From positions 75,245 through 139,244 of IMG/VR virus record IMGVR_UViG_3300036802_000003: a stretch of DNA of 64,000 bases, one strand, 5' to 3'. This DNA comes from a virus (Duplodnaviria > Caudoviricetes). The position numbers and the translations under genes are program-made. Position 1 is the stretch's first letter, and every line of letters begins with the position of its first letter. Shown in pieces: positions 27,425 to 37,323 of the stretch. The notes below the pieces were generated by a model. The model was not told the origin of the DNA and made no database searches. It saw only the letters and a program-made list of their open reading frames with translations.

Positions 27425-28067
27425 GATGTATAAGTATGTTAAAGAGCTACTTGAAGGCATTGGCTACGATGTCTATGCCGAGGTGGAAGTTAATTCTTGG
27501 GGTGGTAGTGGTAGAGCTGACGTAATTGGTTACAACAAGCCTGCCGTATGTATCGTGGAGATGAAGACTTCTCTGTCTATGGAACTGATTGAGCAAGCGT
27601 ATAAGTGGAAGCGTTTTGGTCATTACATCTATATTGCCATACCTAAACGTAAGAAGCAAATACCCACATTTGTGTGTAACATGCTGTCTAGTATGGGAAT
27701 TGGCATCATAGAGGTCGGTGACCGTGTGTGGGGTACACGCATAGTGCTGAAAGCTAAGTTCAACAGACCCTATAAGAATACTAAATGGGATGATGTATTG
27801 AAACCCGAACACCAGACATGGCTAGAAGGTGGCTCAAGTGGTGGGGGGTATGTAACCAACTACAAGCTGACTATAGATAGGGTGAAGAGGTATCTAAAGT
27901 CGAAGAAGAGTTGGATTTCTATGAACGAAATACTAGAGCATTGTGAAACGCACTACTCTAACCCTAAGAACTCCCTAGCAAAGGCTCTTAGGGAGTTTGA
28001 ATCGAATTGGTGTGAGACAAAGGTAATAGACAGAAGAGTACACTTTAAATACAAGGAGGGTAAATAA
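27411..28067 (+). CDS. PD-(D/E)xK nuclease-fold protein (MmcB-like)
   Basis: E...RADVIG...IVEMKTS...QA motif. Confidence 0.7.
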   Translation: MKENEMYKYVKELLEGIGYDVYAEVEVNSWGGSGRADVIGYNKPAVCIVEMKTSLSMELIEQAYKWKRFGHYIYIAIPKRKKQIPTFVCNMLSSMGIGIIEVGDRVWGTRIVLKAKFNRPYKNTKWDDVLKPEHQTWLEGGSSGGGYVTNYKLTIDRVKRYLKSKKSWISMNEILEHCETHYSNPKNSLAKALREFESNWCETKVIDRRVHFKYKEGK

Positions 28068-28267
28068 TGGCTGGACTTACCGTAACTCTTAGCCCTGCTG
28101 AGATTAAAGAAATACTTATTAAGCACTTGAAAGAGGAATATCCTAGCCTGACTATTAAAGATGTTGACTTTAATGTAGACAAGCAACTAGAAGGCTATGG
28201 AATGCAGGAACATTATGTAACAAGATTTAATGGTGCTACTTGTAGCCTAAGAAAGGGGAATGCATAA
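28067..28267 (+). CDS. hypothetical protein
   Basis: Coupled ORF. Confidence 0.7.
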   Translation: MAGLTVTLSPAEIKEILIKHLKEEYPSLTIKDVDFNVDKQLEGYGMQEHYVTRFNGATCSLRKGNA

Positions 28268-28770
28268 TGACGACAACCCATACCCTAGAGGAAAATGGGT
28301 ATAGATCTGTAACCTACCAGCCCAGACCCATCCAGTTTATCATAACCTCTACTAGTTGTTGGGAGTGTGTGAGTCACAAGAAAGATAAATATGGATACAC
28401 AGTAGTAAATAGGTGGGACTCTAAGATTAAATTGCACAGATATAGCTACATGTTGCATACAAAGGAGTCCTTGACTAAAGAAGACATAATAAGGCATACC
28501 TGTGACAACCCAGCTTGCCTTAACCCCTCTCATCTTATAAAGGGTACTGTACAGGATAACAACCAAGATATGGTTGACAGGGATAGGTACCGTAAAGGTA
28601 ATAAACATATTTTAGCCACTCTTACTGAGGAGAAATACTTTGAAATAATGAAGGAAATATCTTTAGGTAGAAGTGGTGTAGACATAGAGTCTATAACTGG
28701 AGTCTCAAGAGATATTGTTTACAAGATAAAGAAGGGAACTCATTGGAGTTGTAAGGAGTTTACCAAATAG
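28267..28770 (+). CDS. HNH endonuclease with C-terminal HTH
   Basis: HR.SY...RHTCDNPACLNPSHL..GT..DN..D. Confidence 0.9.
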   Translation: MTTTHTLEENGYRSVTYQPRPIQFIITSTSCWECVSHKKDKYGYTVVNRWDSKIKLHRYSYMLHTKESLTKEDIIRHTCDNPACLNPSHLIKGTVQDNNQDMVDRDRYRKGNKHILATLTEEKYFEIMKEISLGRSGVDIESITGVSRDIVYKIKKGTHWSCKEFTK

Positions 28771-28840
28771 ACACTGAGGGGAGGAATTTCGATTCTTCCT
28801 CTTTTATTTTTGTGAAGACGTTGAGAAGGAGGAATCAGTA

Positions 28841-29113
28841 GTGAGCAGATTGAAATTAAGTAAATTTGGTGGAGGATTTTTAAGTGGGGTTATCATCACA
28901 GATACTGAAACTAACAAGAATGTGGAGCTTATGGCAATGCAGTTAAAGGCTCTAATCAGAAACCCAGAAAGTGGTACTTTTCCACATGGGGGATATGACC
29001 AAGAGGGTGATGTTATCACTGTATACCATGACGATGACAGAGAGAAACATGAAGTATCATTCACTCTAGAGGAACTAAATGAAACTTTGGAGGGGGCTAT
29101 TGCAAATGGCTAA
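28841..29113 (+). CDS. hypothetical protein
   Basis: AGGAGG SD, GTG start. Confidence 0.7.
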   Translation: MSRLKLSKFGGGFLSGVIITDTETNKNVELMAMQLKALIRNPESGTFPHGGYDQEGDVITVYHDDDREKHEVSFTLEELNETLEGAIANG

Positions 29114-29450
29114 AATTGATTGCACATTCCATAGAACAAGCAACCACAATGTAGAAGTACACAGCCCTATGGGAGATTTCCGTATCATGAAGATGAAACA
29201 TGAGTATGAGGATATAAAGAAAGCAGGATTCCTTAAAAGTAATAAAGAGCCTGCCTATAAGGTATCCTCAGTGTGTGACAGCTTAGTGACTATGCTTAAC
29301 TTATATAATGAGTCTGGTCAACTTACAGGAGACGTTTTCAATAACTTAATAAATGCATACAGACCGTTCATACTGAACTACATGGTTTATGCCATGATAA
29401 ATCAGCGTGTTAAAGAGGCTAAGAATCCTGAAGGGTGGTTAGACGCATGA
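29106..29450 (+). CDS. hypothetical protein
   Basis: ORF with SD. Confidence 0.7.
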   Translation: MAKIDCTFHRTSNHNVEVHSPMGDFRIMKMKHEYEDIKKAGFLKSNKEPAYKVSSVCDSLVTMLNLYNESGQLTGDVFNNLINAYRPFILNYMVYAMINQRVKEAKNPEGWLDA

Positions 29451-29683
29451 GTAATGAAATCTATGTATTGCATGACGCTTGGGGCAACCCTGTAATGTCA
29501 GCAGGAAAGACTAGGTCAGTAGTGAAAAGCTACACTACTACTCATGGAGCAAACATTGCTAGAACTAATATGGGTGGTAAAGGTCATATGAAGATTGCAG
29601 TGTATAAGCCAGCAGGATATGTAACAGAGATTAATGGTAAGAAGGAGGAATGTCTCAATGAAGAAGATTTTAACCGCAGTTAG
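29447..29683 (+). CDS. hypothetical protein
   Basis: ATGA overlap. Confidence 0.65.
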   Translation: MSNEIYVLHDAWGNPVMSAGKTRSVVKSYTTTHGANIARTNMGGKGHMKIAVYKPAGYVTEINGKKEECLNEEDFNRS

Positions 29684-29915
29684 TCTATCTGCATTGCTAC
29701 TTTCAGGGTGCTCTAGTGTAACTAAGGATAAGGAGGCTATCATGGGAGAAGGGGTTAAGTTACCTTCTGGATATGATGTCATTAGCTCTGACAGAATTGA
29801 CTCTAATGTGTATGTGTTTGAGCTAGTTCACAAGAAAACTAAGAAACACTACTCTGTAGTCTGTTATGCAGGAAGTGGAGTTACTATGTATGAGTTAGAT
29901 GGGGAGGATAAATAA
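29658..29915 (+). CDS. lipoprotein
   Basis: MKKILTAVSLSALLLSGC lipobox. Confidence 0.8.
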   Translation: MKKILTAVSLSALLLSGCSSVTKDKEAIMGEGVKLPSGYDVISSDRIDSNVYVFELVHKKTKKHYSVVCYAGSGVTMYELDGEDK

Positions 29916-30241
29916 TGGTAGTCTTTGGAGAAGGTTGTGCATGGGTACACCCAGAAGTATTATCCTCAATAGAGGATGGTTACGATTATGATGAAGTAGG
30001 TCTTAAGCATATAGAAGACTTGGGTTGGACAGTGGAACACAAGATGCAGAGTAAGGCTGTTATATTCCAGTCTAGGGCATCTGGAAAGTTCTATATGCTA
30101 GAACTAAATAGAGAAGGTGACGACTTCAAGGGTTATGAGCACCTGGACTACATGGATACTACAGATTCAGAAGGACGTATCAAATGTAGTGAAGTTACTA
30201 AGGAAGAGGTCATCTCTCATATTTGGAAGGGGGTGAAGTAA
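29915..30241 (+). CDS. hypothetical protein
   Basis: Coupled ORF. Confidence 0.7.
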   Translation: MVVFGEGCAWVHPEVLSSIEDGYDYDEVGLKHIEDLGWTVEHKMQSKAVIFQSRASGKFYMLELNREGDDFKGYEHLDYMDTTDSEGRIKCSEVTKEEVISHIWKGVK

Positions 30242-30429
30242 TGAACGCATACACTGAAAATGGAGTATATGAGATCACTAAGCTTTTAGCTGAAGCTAAA
30301 GGAAATAAGTAAGTAGTAAAGGAGGGGCTAAAACCCCTCCTTTTTCATTTCTATTTATCCTCCAATATTTTATAGTTAGACGTAGTAATGAGACAAGTTC
30401 CTCATGAATAATAAAAGAAGGAGGTCTTT

Positions 30430-33264
30430 GTGATGAGCAGAGGTAGAAAGTGTTATATTCGCATAGACAACCCTAAAGGTACTAAAAAGAAGGATAAAAA
30501 GAAAGATGAATTAGTACACGAGTTAGGACTAGAGAATTTCAAGAATGACCTACGCCCAGAGGTATGGAAGAGTAATGAGCCAGAGCTGATTATTAAGTCT
30601 GATGAGGAGTACATAGAAGAGTACTTTGACTTAGAGAAAATAATCCACGAGGAAGAGGTAGCAAAGGCAGGACGAGTCCATCTTCCTAGGGGTGCTAGAC
30701 GTCACGCTTACAAAGTGCATTCTGACCACGGTGTAATTTACATTCCAGTCAATCGTTTGAAGCAGGTGTACCAAACTCACCTAGCACTTCATAGGAGAAA
30801 AATCGCCCAAAACAAAGTTTCGATGCGAATGGGTAAGCCACTTCAACCCGTTGAAATCGGATATAATTATGATGTTCACGATGGGCATCATAGATGGGAA
30901 GCCTCCAAAGAGCTAGGATACACACACGTTCCTTGTAAGGTAGTAGGGGATGACCCAGACAAGTTAAGGGACGCAAAAGAGAAGTATCGTGCTGTATGGA
31001 AAGCAGAAACACCTGAACAGTTAGCAGAGACTTTACTACAGGACTTTGTAGATAAGCTAACGGGTAAGAAACCTGTGTCCTTGGTACTTGACATTAACAA
31101 AGCCACTCTTAACAGAGGAAAGTTAGTTAAGAGACGTGTAATGGTTAAGGGTAAGGATGGAAAGGTCTTCTATCGCATGCAGTGGATTGACCCTAATGAT
31201 GAGAAGGCAGATATCCACCAAAAAGTACCTGACCAAGAGAATCACACAACATACAAGCATGATGATAAGTCAGTAAAGGAAATAGAAAAAAGACAGCATA
31301 ACCGTTTTCCAGTAGTACAACATGAGGTAAAGCACTTCAAGAATAAGGAACACAATTACTCTACTGACAAGGAAGCCTACAATGAAGCTAAGGAGAAATA
31401 CCACAGAGGTGAGAAGCTACAGCCTGTTAAGGTCAACCATAAAGGGGAGATACTTGAGGGACATCACCTTGTAGACCTAGCTAGAGAGTTAGGATTAACT
31501 CATGCTCCTGCAATTGTATTAGGTAATCCTAAATTGAAGAAAGAGTATGAGGATGCACTAAAAGAGGACGTAATGACTGAAGTTACTGACGAGGAAGGTA
31601 ATAAGAAGGAAGTATCCGCTTCTGGTAAAGGTACCTCTGCTGATGGAACACAACGTGGTCAGCATATGGTCGTAGACGTTCCTGTAGAATATGTAGATGA
31701 TATGGAACACTTCAAGCGTTATGTCAATAAGATGTATACTAAATCATACATCATGGATTGTGCAGAAAAGGCTGGCATTACATGGAATGATAAGAAGGCA
31801 GACGGAACTCTACTAACAGATGAGAAGATTCTATGGACTAGGGTTTTCAACTCTATATCTGAACACATAGCTGCTGGTAATAAGTTTGAAGTGCCTCATG
31901 ATGATAAGGACTCTAGTGCAAAGATGAAACAGATTAAGAAGGATGATGACCACAAGTTCTTCCTTATGTTCTGTAATAAGTTTAACTTTGACAGGGAAAA
32001 GATTAAGGACTGGTGTAGAGACCATGACCTTCTATGGAAAGAGAACCATAAAGACCCTGATATTGATTGGAAAAACTGTGCTATGGCTATCAAGAAAGAA
32101 TTATCTAAAGGTAAGATGCTGAATGGGGTACGTACAAGACGTAAACACCTTATGGAGGAAGCAAATACTATTGTAACAGATGCAGTTCGTGAACAGGTTA
32201 AAGCCCTTGGTAAGAAGTATGGCAAGACAGCTTTAGAAGAACAAGCACTAAAACAAGGTATTGAAGTAGACCTTCTAGATAAGAAAGGTAACGTAGTAGA
32301 ACACCCAGCTATCAGATGGATGAGGGTAGCGACTGCTATTCAGAAGCATATTGCCAAAGGTAATAAGTTTAAGATGACTAATGACGATTTCGGTACAGAG
32401 GGAAGAATTCAAGCTGAAGAGTTTGATTATGGTGACAACGTTACTCTGACTCCACATGAGCGAGTAGGTATCGATAGAGCCAAGCTTAACAGTAAGAAAT
32501 TTGAACAACGTGCTAAGAAGTGGGCTACCAAGTCATTAGCTCTTGACCACGGTATTGACCCTAGCAATACAGTAATGGTAGATGAAGTGTACGATGCCTT
32601 TGTTGAAGGTGCTCGTAATGCTAAGTTAATGGTGCACTTTGACCCTACAGAATTACTGGATAGTGGTACGTCTATGCTAGAGGAAATGATGTCTTCAGGT
32701 AAGCTAAAGAACGATTTCCAACTAGATAGAGGGTATGATAATGAGCATAGAGAGGTTATCGAACGTGATATCTACGGTGATGACTTTGATGGTGCAGAAG
32801 ACCATGAGCGCCCAGTATATGGTGTGCTAGACATATTCAATCAAGGCTTGAGCCTAGGACAACATGGTGGAGCAGCCTTAGTAATGAAGGAAGATGTTAA
32901 GAAACGTGCCTCTGGTACACCAAATGACTCTAACTCAATCCCTTATGGCAAAGAGGGCAAACTAGTGCACTCTGCTACAGACCCACATCACCTAGTAATA
33001 CACCGTTGGTTTGGGCGTTGGAAAGAGCCTAAGAATGCTGATGGTAAGCGTAGACGTGCTATGAACTCCGTTATTGAGGGTACAACATTCAATGACGATA
33101 AAGAGTACTTTGAAGCACAGGTACTTGGGGGAGTGGACTTGGCTAAGGATGTAGACCATATTCTAGTACCAGAACACTGGCAAAGTAACTCAGAGTGGCA
33201 AGACCATCATGAGCTAATGAAAATGTTTGCAGAGTCACAAGGGATAGGATTAAGATATGAGTGA
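30430..33264 (+). CDS. tagged multidomain putative head protein: two ParB/Srx-like domains, helical repeats, C-terminal DUF3626-like domain
   Basis: DGHHRWEA and EGHHLVD ParB-N motifs; ERPVYGVLD...YFEAQVLGGV; internal tag at 31081-31194. Confidence 0.65.
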   Translation: MMSRGRKCYIRIDNPKGTKKKDKKKDELVHELGLENFKNDLRPEVWKSNEPELIIKSDEEYIEEYFDLEKIIHEEEVAKAGRVHLPRGARRHAYKVHSDHGVIYIPVNRLKQVYQTHLALHRRKIAQNKVSMRMGKPLQPVEIGYNYDVHDGHHRWEASKELGYTHVPCKVVGDDPDKLRDAKEKYRAVWKAETPEQLAETLLQDFVDKLTGKKPVSLVLDINKATLNRGKLVKRRVMVKGKDGKVFYRMQWIDPNDEKADIHQKVPDQENHTTYKHDDKSVKEIEKRQHNRFPVVQHEVKHFKNKEHNYSTDKEAYNEAKEKYHRGEKLQPVKVNHKGEILEGHHLVDLARELGLTHAPAIVLGNPKLKKEYEDALKEDVMTEVTDEEGNKKEVSASGKGTSADGTQRGQHMVVDVPVEYVDDMEHFKRYVNKMYTKSYIMDCAEKAGITWNDKKADGTLLTDEKILWTRVFNSISEHIAAGNKFEVPHDDKDSSAKMKQIKKDDDHKFFLMFCNKFNFDREKIKDWCRDHDLLWKENHKDPDIDWKNCAMAIKKELSKGKMLNGVRTRRKHLMEEANTIVTDAVREQVKALGKKYGKTALEEQALKQGIEVDLLDKKGNVVEHPAIRWMRVATAIQKHIAKGNKFKMTNDDFGTEGRIQAEEFDYGDNVTLTPHERVGIDRAKLNSKKFEQRAKKWATKSLALDHGIDPSNTVMVDEVYDAFVEGARNAKLMVHFDPTELLDSGTSMLEEMMSSGKLKNDFQLDRGYDNEHREVIERDIYGDDFDGAEDHERPVYGVLDIFNQGLSLGQHGGAALVMKEDVKKRASGTPNDSNSIPYGKEGKLVHSATDPHHLVIHRWFGRWKEPKNADGKRRRAMNSVIEGTTFNDDKEYFEAQVLGGVDLAKDVDHILVPEHWQSNSEWQDHHELMKMFAESQGIGLRYE

Positions 33265-33274
33265 GGTGGACTAA

Positions 33275-33562
33275 ATGAAAATGGTAGTGGAAGGTATCAA
33301 GCTGACCAAAGACCATAAAGATGATAAGATTCTCTATCGTAAGAATGGTAAGTACTATGTCAGGAGGGCATCAGATGGCTTTACCAAAGGTGAGGCTATT
33401 AGACAACACGTATCCTCTTACTTTACTAAGTGGGGTTTTAGAAAGGTAGAGGGCGTAGCGGAGTTTGATAATGCAGAGGATATACAGGCGAATATTGATA
33501 GATTCGAGCCTGCTAAAGGTTATATAGCCAAATATGCAGAGTCGGTACTTCCGAGGGGTTGA
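33275..33562 (+). CDS. hypothetical protein, possible partner of the upstream gene
   Basis: GAGGTG SD; 10-nt gap. Confidence 0.7.
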   Translation: MKMVVEGIKLTKDHKDDKILYRKNGKYYVRRASDGFTKGEAIRQHVSSYFTKWGFRKVEGVAEFDNAEDIQANIDRFEPAKGYIAKYAESVLPRG

Positions 33563-33646
33563 TTTCCAAACCCCTCCTTTTTTTATGCTGAAAGGGAGTT
33601 CCCCAATTGGCACTCTCTAATAAAGTTGAGGAAGGAAGTGTATAGC

Positions 33647-34363
33647 ATGTTTGCTGTTGGAGGTATCGTTGCTGAGTACAAGCATAATAACGAGGACTTA
33701 TTCGCACAACTAGAGAGTGCTAAAACGGAAGAGGAACGTAAAGAAGTAGTGGGAATTATTTATCTGAACAATGTAAGAATCATACATAAAGCTATAGGTA
33801 AATGGTTCCCTGGAGAAGCCCTTAATAGGTTCTGTCAAAGACACAGATTGACTCCAGAGGATGTTTTTAGTGAGGTTAGTTACAGTCTACTTAGAGCTAT
33901 ACAAACCTTTAATGGAGGTAAGTTCACTTCATATGCTGGTTTCTGTATGGATAACCAACTAAAGATGCTGTACCGAACTGTTAAGAGAAAAGGCGATATG
34001 ACTAGTCTACAGTCAGAAGTGAATGAAGAGTCAGACAATGATAAGAAGAGTCTAACTATAGAGGAAGCATTTCTATCTGCTGAAGATAAAGGCTATTCTG
34101 CTCTATGGGATACTGAAGAATTCAATACAATAGTCCCTCACTTAAAGAGATGCTTTAGACGTGGTAATGAGGCTAAGGTGTTAACTATCTTCCTGAAAGA
34201 AGTACAGAAGGATGCAGGAGATATGATGTCACAGAAAGAAATGGCTGAAGTGATAGGTGTTAGTAAGTCTACTGTCAACAAGACAGTAACTAAAATAAAT
34301 AAACAGGCTAGAGAAATTAGGAGGGAACTATATGAAAGCGAATTACAGCGACAGACTAGTTGA
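33647..34363 (+). CDS. phage RNA polymerase sigma factor (sporulation SigE/K-like)
   Basis: Region 2 LLRAIQTF..GKFTSYAGFCMDNQLKMLYR; region 4 HTH MSQKEMAEVIGVSKSTV. Confidence 0.85.
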   Translation: MFAVGGIVAEYKHNNEDLFAQLESAKTEEERKEVVGIIYLNNVRIIHKAIGKWFPGEALNRFCQRHRLTPEDVFSEVSYSLLRAIQTFNGGKFTSYAGFCMDNQLKMLYRTVKRKGDMTSLQSEVNEESDNDKKSLTIEEAFLSAEDKGYSALWDTEEFNTIVPHLKRCFRRGNEAKVLTIFLKEVQKDAGDMMSQKEMAEVIGVSKSTVNKTVTKINKQAREIRRELYESELQRQTS

Positions 34364-34691
34364 TAAGAGAATGGTACTGACAACCCTGACAAAGGTAGAG
34401 GATACATCACTTTCTACAGTGTATGTAACCAATAACCCAGAGGTATTCCTTGTGGTATTCCATAATCAGGCTGCTCTAACAGACTACATTAAGCAGAACG
34501 TAGATGGACTGTTTGGTATACGTTTAATTAGAGAAGGTAAGAAGTACTGTAGCTATAACATTCCTTTAGGGTCTGGAGAAGAAGTACTAGCAAGAACTAT
34601 TGCAGAAGCATATAATGTTCTAAATAAGGACAATGACGAGCCTGTGATTATGTCCACGGATGAAGTAACAGGGTTGCCTATAATAGAATGA
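34332..34691 (+). CDS. hypothetical protein
   Basis: AGGAGG SD. Confidence 0.7.
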   Translation: MKANYSDRLVDKRMVLTTLTKVEDTSLSTVYVTNNPEVFLVVFHNQAALTDYIKQNVDGLFGIRLIREGKKYCSYNIPLGSGEEVLARTIAEAYNVLNKDNDEPVIMSTDEVTGLPIIE

Positions 34692-34751
34692 CCTCAATCC
34701 CCCTAGATTTTTATAACTAGGGGGCTTTTTAATTAAAAACGAGGTGATAAT

Positions 34752-35213
34752 ATGAAGGGTATCAATCATTACAAGGTTCTCTCTAATGCCTATGGCAGAA
34801 AAGAACTATTAGAAATGGGTAAGAACAATGGTCTTAGTTGGCAGGAGGATAACGGACGTGAAGGTGTCAACTGGATGAGATTTAGTAGGGCGTTAGTAAA
34901 GCACCTAGATGAGGACAAACACTTTGACACTGACAGTACAGATACAGAGTCCCTACAGTCAATGCTGGATCAGTATACTCAGTTGAGAGATATGCATAAG
35001 CAAACTATGATTCCTCATGTAAGAGCTGGGTTGTCTAAGTTGTACTCTCAAGGAGATGCAACTAGCAAAGACCCTATGGAATATCTCCCTAAAGTATATG
35101 ACCACTTAGATGCCAATGGTGGACACGTGTGGGCTGAGAAAGTAAGGACTCTGGGTAGTCTTAATAGTCAGATTAAGGGTATAACTGAAAAACTCTCTAC
35201 GAGACAAGTTTAG
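34752..35213 (+). CDS. protein with one helical repeat module
   Basis: YGRKELLEMGKNNGLSWQE...VNWMRFSRALVKHL. Confidence 0.75.
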   Translation: MKGINHYKVLSNAYGRKELLEMGKNNGLSWQEDNGREGVNWMRFSRALVKHLDEDKHFDTDSTDTESLQSMLDQYTQLRDMHKQTMIPHVRAGLSKLYSQGDATSKDPMEYLPKVYDHLDANGGHVWAEKVRTLGSLNSQIKGITEKLSTRQV

Positions 35214-35261
35214 GTTGGCAATGAGCCAACCTTAATTTTTTGCACTTTTAAGTGGGACGAT

Positions 35262-35290
35262 TTGACAAAGGGACAAGCCCGTGACAAAAT
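35262..35290 (+). promoter_or_regulatory. sigmaA promoter
   Basis: TTGACA-17-TG.CAAAAT. Confidence 0.55.
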
Positions 35291-35335
35291 GAGAGTGTGA
35301 TTTTCATTTCCGAGAAAACAAGGGAGGAATACAAG

Positions 35336-36256
35336 ATGGTTAGAACAGGATTAGATAGATTTAATGCTAGGCAAGGTAAGGCAAAGGGTGACGAGAAGGC
35401 TATACATGAGGCTTCTATGAAAAAACAGATGACTGCTGATATGTACGATGAGCTTAAAGATGCAGGTAATATAGAAGAAGCAGCTATGGTAGTAAGCAGA
35501 GATGGCATGAAGCTATTAGGGCAGATGCTTACTAACTCAATAGAGGGCTCTATTGACAGAGTACTTGACCGTAAACTAGATGAGAAGCTAGGACAGTTAC
35601 TGGCAGGGTTTAGCAAGGGTATACAAGAAGGCTTACTTGCAATGCAGGATAAAGCAGTAGCTGAGGCAGAAGAGAAGATAGAGGAAGTAGTTTCTAAAGC
35701 TAGTGAGCAAATAGTTGCAGAGATTAACCTATCAGCAACACCGTCCATTGACAAAACAATAGATAAGGTTAAGAAGAATATGGGAATTGATTTAGGAGAT
35801 AAGGTGACTGCACCTGACCTAGGAAAGCTGGAGAATATAGTGGCACCTACCCAGAGACCTAAAAAGCCTGCACCTACTAAGCCCTATGTGGAGAAGAGAA
35901 TAGAAGAGGGCAAGAGCGCACAGGCACAAAAGGTAGATAAGGTAATGAGCAAGGCACTGCAACCAGATACAGCTCCTAAAGAGCCTTTCAAGTGGGGTGC
36001 AGTACCAACAGAGAAACGTGCTACTGTGCATACACTACGCTCTAATAAAGCTATGTTCATTGAATACTGTCCAATCATTATGGAATACCTAGAGACACAC
36101 AAAAATCAACCAGTAGCATTTAAAGATATTAACGAGTATGCTATAGAAAAATATAATATCTCTTATGGAACAAAAGCCACTAAGTTCATGGACTTTGTAA
36201 TGCTAAAGGACAGCAGGGTTGCACGACACTCTTACGGTCACTACATTTTGAACTAA
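35336..36256 (+). CDS. coiled-coil protein with putative C-terminal winged-helix
   Basis: Long ORF, GGGAGG SD. Confidence 0.7.
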   Translation: MVRTGLDRFNARQGKAKGDEKAIHEASMKKQMTADMYDELKDAGNIEEAAMVVSRDGMKLLGQMLTNSIEGSIDRVLDRKLDEKLGQLLAGFSKGIQEGLLAMQDKAVAEAEEKIEEVVSKASEQIVAEINLSATPSIDKTIDKVKKNMGIDLGDKVTAPDLGKLENIVAPTQRPKKPAPTKPYVEKRIEEGKSAQAQKVDKVMSKALQPDTAPKEPFKWGAVPTEKRATVHTLRSNKAMFIEYCPIIMEYLETHKNQPVAFKDINEYAIEKYNISYGTKATKFMDFVMLKDSRVARHSYGHYILN

Positions 36257-36531
36257 AGGTGGAGAAGACTTTTCGCAAGGGGGCTTTTTTTAAAGCGAAC
36301 AGGGCGAGAGAGTTAACATTACTCGACTGGGACACGACAAGGTAGGAAGCCTACCTTCCCCTTGCTAGGGGTTCAGGATTTGTGTTAAAAACTATAACTC
36401 AAGTATATTCTAACCTGAGCCTCTAGCAAGGGGTGGATAGTCCCCCACCTCTTTCCCTAATAGGATATTCCCCATATTCTATCCCATACCTTTGTTGGTG
36501 GGAGGAACGTTACCCTCCTACCACTCTTTTT

Positions 36532-36602
36532 GGAGCCTTAGTTTAATGGTAAAACAGGGTGCTCATAACACTCCATCGTAGGTTCGATACCTACAGGCTC
36601 CA
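36532..36602 (+). tRNA. tRNA-Met/Ile2 (CAT)
   Basis: Full cloverleaf: GGAGCCT/AGGCTCC, GTTT/AAAC, GGGTG-CTCATAA-CACTC, GTAGG-TTCGATA-CCTAC; no encoded CCA. Confidence 0.85.
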
Positions 36603-36820
36603 TCAGTAAGTTGGAAATGTGACAGTGGTAGATGCAGTAGTGTCATGGGGTCACATAGTACGCATGAAGGGGTTTAGGGCGTACATACTAAACGAGCACA
36701 TGTTCGTTGTCTTTTTAACAATACTGTTTGTTTTCGTGAGTATTGTTCTACTGAACGTATGTGTAGTGTGGAAAGCTTACATACACCCGATAGTGGGTGT
36801 GGAAAGCCCACTATCATCTT

Positions 36821-36892
36821 TACCCCATAGCTCAAAGGTAAGAGCAACTAGTCAAGGCTAGGAAGGTGCAAGTTCGAAACTTGTTGGGGTAG
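36821..36892 (+). pseudogene. tRNA-like element with truncated anticodon loop
   Basis: Intact acceptor TACCCCA/TGGGGTA, D and T arms; anticodon arm CTAGT-CAAG-GCTAG. Confidence 0.65.
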
Positions 36893-37056
36893 TAAGGTAT
36901 AAGTGTATAGATCTGCCATGGTATACTTACCCTCTGGAGCGTTATACTATACGAGTGTGCAGGGGTGACCACACTTCCCTACGTCAGGGCTAACAGGCGT
37001 ACCCTTATCTCTGGTCAGTAGATTAACAGAACTGACCTTCACCCCATCTTAATATG

Positions 37057-37149
37057 GCTGTGATGTGTGCTTGGGAGCACTACTATAACATCTCGAAACT
37101 CCACGGGTTGTAAATATGGAGTCTGTAGGTTCGAATCCTACTCACAGCG
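37057..37149 (+). pseudogene. degenerate tRNA-like element
   Basis: GCTGTGA/TCACAGC acceptor, GTAGG-TTCGAAT-CCTAC T arm; aberrant D and anticodon arms. Confidence 0.55.
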
Positions 37150-37230
37150 TTGTGCGGGAGCACATCTCTATTGTTTGTGGGAGGACAATAGGTGATTATC
37201 TCTATAGTAGTGAACTGAGGACACTACTAT

Positions 37231-37323
37231 AGAGAGGTGGGCATTGCGAGTGCCTACCAATCATGAGAGGGCAGGTGCTATATAGCGACGGCTTATGGGG
37301 GGTTCAAGTCCCTCATCTCTCTA
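37231..37323 (+). pseudogene. degenerate tRNA-like element with 8-bp acceptor
   Basis: AGAGAGGT/ATCTCTCT, GGGGG-TTCAAGT-CCCTC T arm; no canonical anticodon stem. Confidence 0.4.

Noticed and set aside
37231-37323. Functional tRNA-Sec or UGA suppressor
   Set aside because: The TCA triplet is not enclosed by a proper anticodon stem; no sel genes; TGA is used as a normal stop
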